DNA of 64,000 nt from contig JAOTVA010000005.1 in assembly GCA_029863645.1 (NCBI GenBank), positions 14,460-78,459 of the forward strand, read 5' to 3'. The DNA is from Gemmatimonadota bacterium (GTDB lineage: Bacteria; Gemmatimonadota; Gemmatimonadetes; Longimicrobiales; Gaopeijiaceae). Positions 60,168 to 64,000 of the stretch are shown piece after piece. Made by a program: the position numbers and the translations under genes. Position 1 is the first letter of the stretch. Every line of letters starts with the position of its first letter. The notes under the pieces are model-generated. The model was not told the origin of the DNA. It saw nothing but the letters and a program-made list of their open reading frames with translations, and made no database searches.

Positions 60168-61133
60168 ATGATGAAGGTTCGGTTGACCGTAGGTGGAGTT
60201 GCCCTCGGGGTCCTTCTGAGCAGCACGCTCGCCGCCCCAGCCCCCTTGAGCGCGCAGGGTCCGGATGGTCGTTGGCCTCTTCAGCCCACGAGTGGGGTGG
60301 GGCGCATCGTGGCGCCGTTCCTCGACGGGTGGTATGAGAACGACGATGGGTCTTACACCTACTCGATGGGATACAACAACTTCAACTCTGACGTGATCTA
60401 TCTCCCTGTGGGAGAGACCAACCTCATCGAGCCAGCAGAGTACAGCGGCATGCAGCCGACGGTGTTCTATCCCGGCAAGGCGCGCGGCGTCTTCACGGTT
60501 ACCGTGCCCGCGGCTCAGGCTGATGGGGACGTCTGGTGGTCGCTGACCAATCCCAATGGCGAGGTCACGAAGGTTCCGGCACGGAACTCCTGGAACGCGT
60601 ACCAGCTGGATCGGCTTCCGCGGCCTCACGGGTCGCTGCCGCCGGCGGTGTGGTTCGACGACGGCAATGACGAGATCGGCAGTGGCCCCGAGGGGGTCGT
60701 GTCACAGCGTACGCTTTCGACCGCCGTTGGATCGCCGCTGGTCGTAGAGGTGGAGGTCGAGGATATCTCCATCAACGATCTTTCCGACGCACGCTTTCGG
60801 AATGGTACCGAGCTTCGCGTGAACTGGGCCCTTTTGCAGGCTCCAGTAGGTGCAGAGGTCGAGTTCACGAGACATGAGTCAACGATGGTCCCCGAGCCGC
60901 CGGCAGGGCGGGGCGGTGATGGTGCCGATCCCGACGGGCCCCCGCGGCGTGGCCCTGGACCCGAGGTCGTCCCGGTGAAGGACGCAGGCACTGCTCGGGT
61001 TATCGCCTCCTTTTCCATGCCGGGCGAGTACGTGCTGATCGGTCAGGTGGACAACTTCCGTCGTCCGGACAGTAACTCGGGCGATCAGTGCTGCTGGACC
61101 AACGCTTATGTGCGGGTGAACGTGACGCAGTAG
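60168..61133 (+). CDS. Hypothetical secreted protein
   Basis: 321-aa ORF with RBS AAGGAG and a signal peptide ending LSAQG. It is predicted beta-rich and has a C-terminal DQCCWTNAY vicinal-Cys motif. I do not recognise a family. Confidence 0.55.
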   Translation: MMKVRLTVGGVALGVLLSSTLAAPAPLSAQGPDGRWPLQPTSGVGRIVAPFLDGWYENDDGSYTYSMGYNNFNSDVIYLPVGETNLIEPAEYSGMQPTVFYPGKARGVFTVTVPAAQADGDVWWSLTNPNGEVTKVPARNSWNAYQLDRLPRPHGSLPPAVWFDDGNDEIGSGPEGVVSQRTLSTAVGSPLVVEVEVEDISINDLSDARFRNGTELRVNWALLQAPVGAEVEFTRHESTMVPEPPAGRGGDGADPDGPPRRGPGPEVVPVKDAGTARVIASFSMPGEYVLIGQVDNFRRPDSNSGDQCCWTNAYVRVNVTQ

Positions 61134-61161
61134 ATCGCTGCATCATTCAGGACGTGCGTGC

Positions 61162-61194
61162 GGGGACCGGGGATTCTTCTCCGGTCCCCGTTTT
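61162..61194 (+). terminator. Rho-independent terminator
   Basis: GGGGACCGG-N10-CCGGTCCCC followed by GTTTTCGGTT, about 30 nt after the stop at 61133. Confidence 0.65.
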
Positions 61195-61287
61195 CGGTTC
61201 AGGCCTGTACTTGTCGCAGCGGCCGCCTCAGCAGAGAATCCAAGTGAGTCGTTTCGTACAGTCATCGAACGTTGAGAGGTGAAGCAG

Positions 61288-62328
61288 ATGAGATCCTTCG
61301 CAACAGCGCTCCTGAGCGCCTTCGCCCTGGTCGCCGGATCGGCGACGATAGCAGCCGCGCAGGGGACCTTCACCGTCCACCCGAGCACTCAGGATCCGTC
61401 GGTGAAGGTGACGCTCGATCAGCTGGCGGTTTGGGAGAAGGATCTCTCCAACTGGGGCCGTTGGGGGCCGAACGACCAGCTCGGCACGCTCAATCTCATC
61501 ACGCCCGAGAAGACGGTGCAGGCGACGCGGCTCGTCACGGACGGCGTCACCGTCTCCTTAGCGCACTTCGTGACGGAAGAAGAGGCCATGGACAGCCAGA
61601 CGTTCGGCCCGACCGAGCACTGGATGACGTCGATCAATCCGGCCACGGGACTGCCCAACTTCGCGCTGGATGCAATCAGCTTCTCGCTCCACGACGGGCA
61701 GCTCTCACATCTCGACGCCCTTTGTCACTACCGGACGGAGATCGACGGCGAATTCGTGATCTTCAATGGCTATCCGCAGAACCTGGATGCCGACGGATGT
61801 AAGGATCTGGCCATCGATCGCATGGGGCCCGGCTACGTGACGCGAGGCGTTCTGGTCGACATCCCGCTCATGCGCGGAGTGGACTATCTCGAGCCGAGCA
61901 CGCCGATCTATGTGTCGGACCTCGAGGCCTGGGAAGAATTCGCTGGCGTCAGGGTCAGTCCGGGCGACGTGCTTCTCGTGAGGGGCGGACGCTGGGCGAA
62001 GCGTGCCCAAGAAGGCCCATGGGCGTACGGGCAGGGGGGGGCGGGACTGCATGCATCGGTACTGCCGTGGCTGCACGAGCGCGGCGTAGCGCTGCTCGTC
62101 GGCGACGCCGTGAATGACGTGCAGCCCTCGGGCGTAGAGGGGATCAACCGCCCGATCCACCAGCTGACTCAGGTCAACCTCGGACTCCCTCTGGTGGACA
62201 ACGGCTACCTCGAGGACGTCGCCCGTGAGGCCGCACAGCGGCGTCGCTGGGCGTTCATGGTGTCCTGGCAGATCCCGGCGGTCATCGGGGGAACCGCGGC
62301 GCCGTTCAACGCCATCGCGACCTTCTAG
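61288..62328 (+). CDS. Secreted cyclase-family (kynurenine formamidase-like) hydrolase
   Basis: ORF 61279..62328, with ATG 61288 eight nt after GAGAGG. It has a signal peptide. WGPNDQLGTLNLITPE and HDGQLSHLDALCH resemble the HxGTHxDAPxH metal motif with a 2-residue insertion. Confidence 0.6.
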   Translation: MRSFATALLSAFALVAGSATIAAAQGTFTVHPSTQDPSVKVTLDQLAVWEKDLSNWGRWGPNDQLGTLNLITPEKTVQATRLVTDGVTVSLAHFVTEEEAMDSQTFGPTEHWMTSINPATGLPNFALDAISFSLHDGQLSHLDALCHYRTEIDGEFVIFNGYPQNLDADGCKDLAIDRMGPGYVTRGVLVDIPLMRGVDYLEPSTPIYVSDLEAWEEFAGVRVSPGDVLLVRGGRWAKRAQEGPWAYGQGGAGLHASVLPWLHERGVALLVGDAVNDVQPSGVEGINRPIHQLTQVNLGLPLVDNGYLEDVAREAAQRRRWAFMVSWQIPAVIGGTAAPFNAIATF

Positions 62329-62386
62329 CCGACGTGGGCCGTCTCTGCCTTTGGGGGCGGAGACGGCTTCGGCGTCCTTCCCACCC

Positions 62387-64000
62387 TTGCACCCTTCCGA
62401 CTTGCCTGCCTTTCTCCTTCTCGCCCTACTCGTCGTAGGTCTGACCGCCCCGGCTGACGCTCAACAACCGGCCAGTTCGAGCGCCGCGTACGATCACGCC
62501 GTGGCTCCGACCGCGCGCGCGCAACGCCGCGGCGGGGCGATCGAGCTCGATGGCCGACTCGTCGAGAGCGACTGGAATCGCGCCGCGCCCGTTCAGGGCC
62601 TAATCCAGACGGTCCCCCTGGAGGGCAGGCCCGTTTCAGAGCGCACTGAGGTGCGCATTCTGTTCGACAGCGATGCCATTTACATCGGCGCGCGCCTCGA
62701 GGACCGGAGTCCGGTTACGACGCGTCTCGCCCGCCGCGACTCGGGCCTGGGCGATTCGGACCGTTTCGTGGTGCTGCTGGACAGCTACCACGATCACGAG
62801 ACGGCCTACCGGTTTTGGACGAATCCGTCCGGAGTGAAGGGCGACGCAATCGTTACCGGCAACAGCACCGGAGGCGGTGACTCCTCCTGGGACCCGATCT
62901 GGGATCTCGCGGTCGAGGTGGACGCCACGGGTTGGGTCGTGGAGATGCGGATCCCCTTCAGTCAACTCCGTTTCGGTGGTGACGTTCAGCAAGTGTGGGG
63001 CGTGCAGGTGGAGCGCAATATCAACCGTAACCAGGAGGTCGCGACCTTTCCGTTCACGCCAGCCTTGGAGCGGGCCGGCGTATCCCGCTTCGCGCACCTC
63101 GAGGGCCTCGAGGAGATCGATGCCGGGCGACCGCTCGAGCTGCTCCCTTACGTGGTGGGCAGGGGTGAGTACACGCGGGTGGAAAGCCCCGCGGGGGTGG
63201 GCTTCACGAATCCGTATCGCAGCGGGTCTGACTACTTCGGGGGCGTGGGTCTCGATCTCAAGTATCGCCTCACGTCGAACGTGACCCTCGACGGGACGGT
63301 AAACCCGGACTTCGGGCAGGTGGAACTCGATCCGTCCGTGATCAACCTGACCGCTTTCGAGACACGCTACAGCGAGCGCCGTCCGTTCTTCGTGGAAGGC
63401 GCCGACATCTTCAGCTTCGGTGAGGCGGGTCCATCGGGGAGCGTGGGACGCGCGCCTGAGCTCTTCTACAGTCGCCGCATTGGTGGTCCGCCCACCGGCT
63501 CGGCGCCCTCAAATGCTGTCTTCTCGGACGTGCCAGGCCAGACGACGATCCTCGGGGCCGCCAAGGTCACGGGCCGGGTCGGAGATGGTTGGACCCTCGG
63601 CATCATGGAGGCCGCAACTGCCTCGGAATCGGCGGCGTATCTGGACGGCACCGGCGTCCCGGGCGAGGCCACTGTCGAGCCCTTCACGAATCACTTCGTA
63701 GGTCGGGTACGGCGGCAGATTCGGGGCGGGGCCACCCGCTTCGGGATGATCGGCACGGCAGTCAATCGCGACATCACCACCGCCGAGCTCACCGACAGGA
63801 TGCACTCCTCGGCGTACTCCGGAGGATTTGACTTCGCGCACGAGTCGACCGATCGGGTGTGGCTGTTTACGGGGGTGGTCGCGGGAAGCCGCGTTAGCGG
63901 CGATGCCAACGCCCTGCTGCGCACCCAGCGCTCGTCTGCGCGCTACTACCAGCGTCCCGATGCAGACCACGTGGAGCTGGATCCCACGGCGACGTCCTTG
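62387..64000 (+). CDS. DUF5916 / CBM9-like carbohydrate-binding domain protein, N-terminal part (continues past window end)
   Basis: Absent from the ORF track because there is no stop in the window. The frame containing TTG 62351/62387/62402 stays open to 64000. It has a signal peptide (LPAFLLLALLVVGLTAPADAQQ). IELDGRLVESDWNRAAP...VRILFDSDAIYIGARLED...WDPIWDLAVEVDATGWVVEMRIPFSQLRF is typical of the family. The exact start is uncertain. Confidence 0.7.
   Translation, partial: MHPSDLPAFLLLALLVVGLTAPADAQQPASSSAAYDHAVAPTARAQRRGGAIELDGRLVESDWNRAAPVQGLIQTVPLEGRPVSERTEVRILFDSDAIYIGARLEDRSPVTTRLARRDSGLGDSDRFVVLLDSYHDHETAYRFWTNPSGVKGDAIVTGNSTGGGDSSWDPIWDLAVEVDATGWVVEMRIPFSQLRFGGDVQQVWGVQVERNINRNQEVATFPFTPALERAGVSRFAHLEGLEEIDAGRPLELLPYVVGRGEYTRVESPAGVGFTNPYRSGSDYFGGVGLDLKYRLTSNVTLDGTVNPDFGQVELDPSVINLTAFETRYSERRPFFVEGADIFSFGEAGPSGSVGRAPELFYSRRIGGPPTGSAPSNAVFSDVPGQTTILGAAKVTGRVGDGWTLGIMEAATASESAAYLDGTGVPGEATVEPFTNHFVGRVRRQIRGGATRFGMIGTAVNRDITTAELTDRMHSSAYSGGFDFAHESTDRVWLFTGVVAGSRVSGDANALLRTQRSSARYYQRPDADHVELDPTATSL

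Noticed and set aside
58448-64000. Genomic island integrated at tRNA-Val
   Set aside because: The genes after the tRNA are accessory-looking secreted enzymes and the intergenic spacers are less GC-rich. However, there is no integrase, no visible direct repeat of the tRNA 3' end within the window, and codon bias looks like the rest of the window. The right boundary, if any, is outside the window.

Overview
GC-rich, densely packed bacterial chromosomal segment with strong GC3 bias and many long antisense shadow ORFs. I support about 60 protein-coding genes and two tRNAs. I found no rRNA, CRISPR array, transposase or integrase. Most of the window is housekeeping: tig (partial), tRNA-Leu, htrA, dnaK, nucleoside salvage (nupC-punA, deoA), thiD/thiE, and a complete F1Fo ATP synthase operon (atpZ-like, atpI-like, atpBEFHAGDC). 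Also present are ruvX-mltG, gltB, a coupled GDPD-tilS-hpt-ftsH-cdaA string, exbB-exbD-exbD-tonB, and yggS-divIVA-ileS-rluD. Gene content (DUF3098-like, DUF5916-like, AtpZ, ExbBDD-TonB, DivIVA in an apparent diderm) suggests an FCB-group or Gemmatimonadota-like organism, but that is inference only. Three regions are not explained by housekeeping. (1) 52.4-58.4 kb is a tightly coupled operon. It encodes a DnaA-like protein with two tandem AAA+ modules (the second degenerate) and no DNA-binding domain, a DUF4388/PATAN-TPR protein with a tandem MshEN-like candidate c-di-GMP motif, a membrane-anchored HExxH peptidase, an orphan sigma54 enhancer-binding response regulator and a small membrane protein. 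This is my best candidate for an undescribed system. (2) 25.2-32.2 kb is a signalling and envelope cluster. It holds a class III cyclase-FHA protein next to a 1030-aa Ser/Thr kinase with Big_2 Ig-like domains on both sides of its single TM helix, plus a beta-barrel OMP, a Big_2 lipoprotein and a secreted protein with tail-fibre-like repeats. (3) 58.6-64 kb, after tRNA-Val, encodes secreted enzymes, including a CxxCH heme-c module fused to a PHM/DBH-like copper monooxygenase fold. Smaller observations: an unannotated 38-aa zinc-ribbon ORF coupled to the gamma-carbonic-anhydrase gene; a near-consensus sigma54 -24/-12 element with GATGTGC repeats in the dnaK/nupC intergenic region; and an ATP synthase epsilon subunit without the C-terminal helical domain. 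All family calls rest on motif recognition by eye, and no searches were run.
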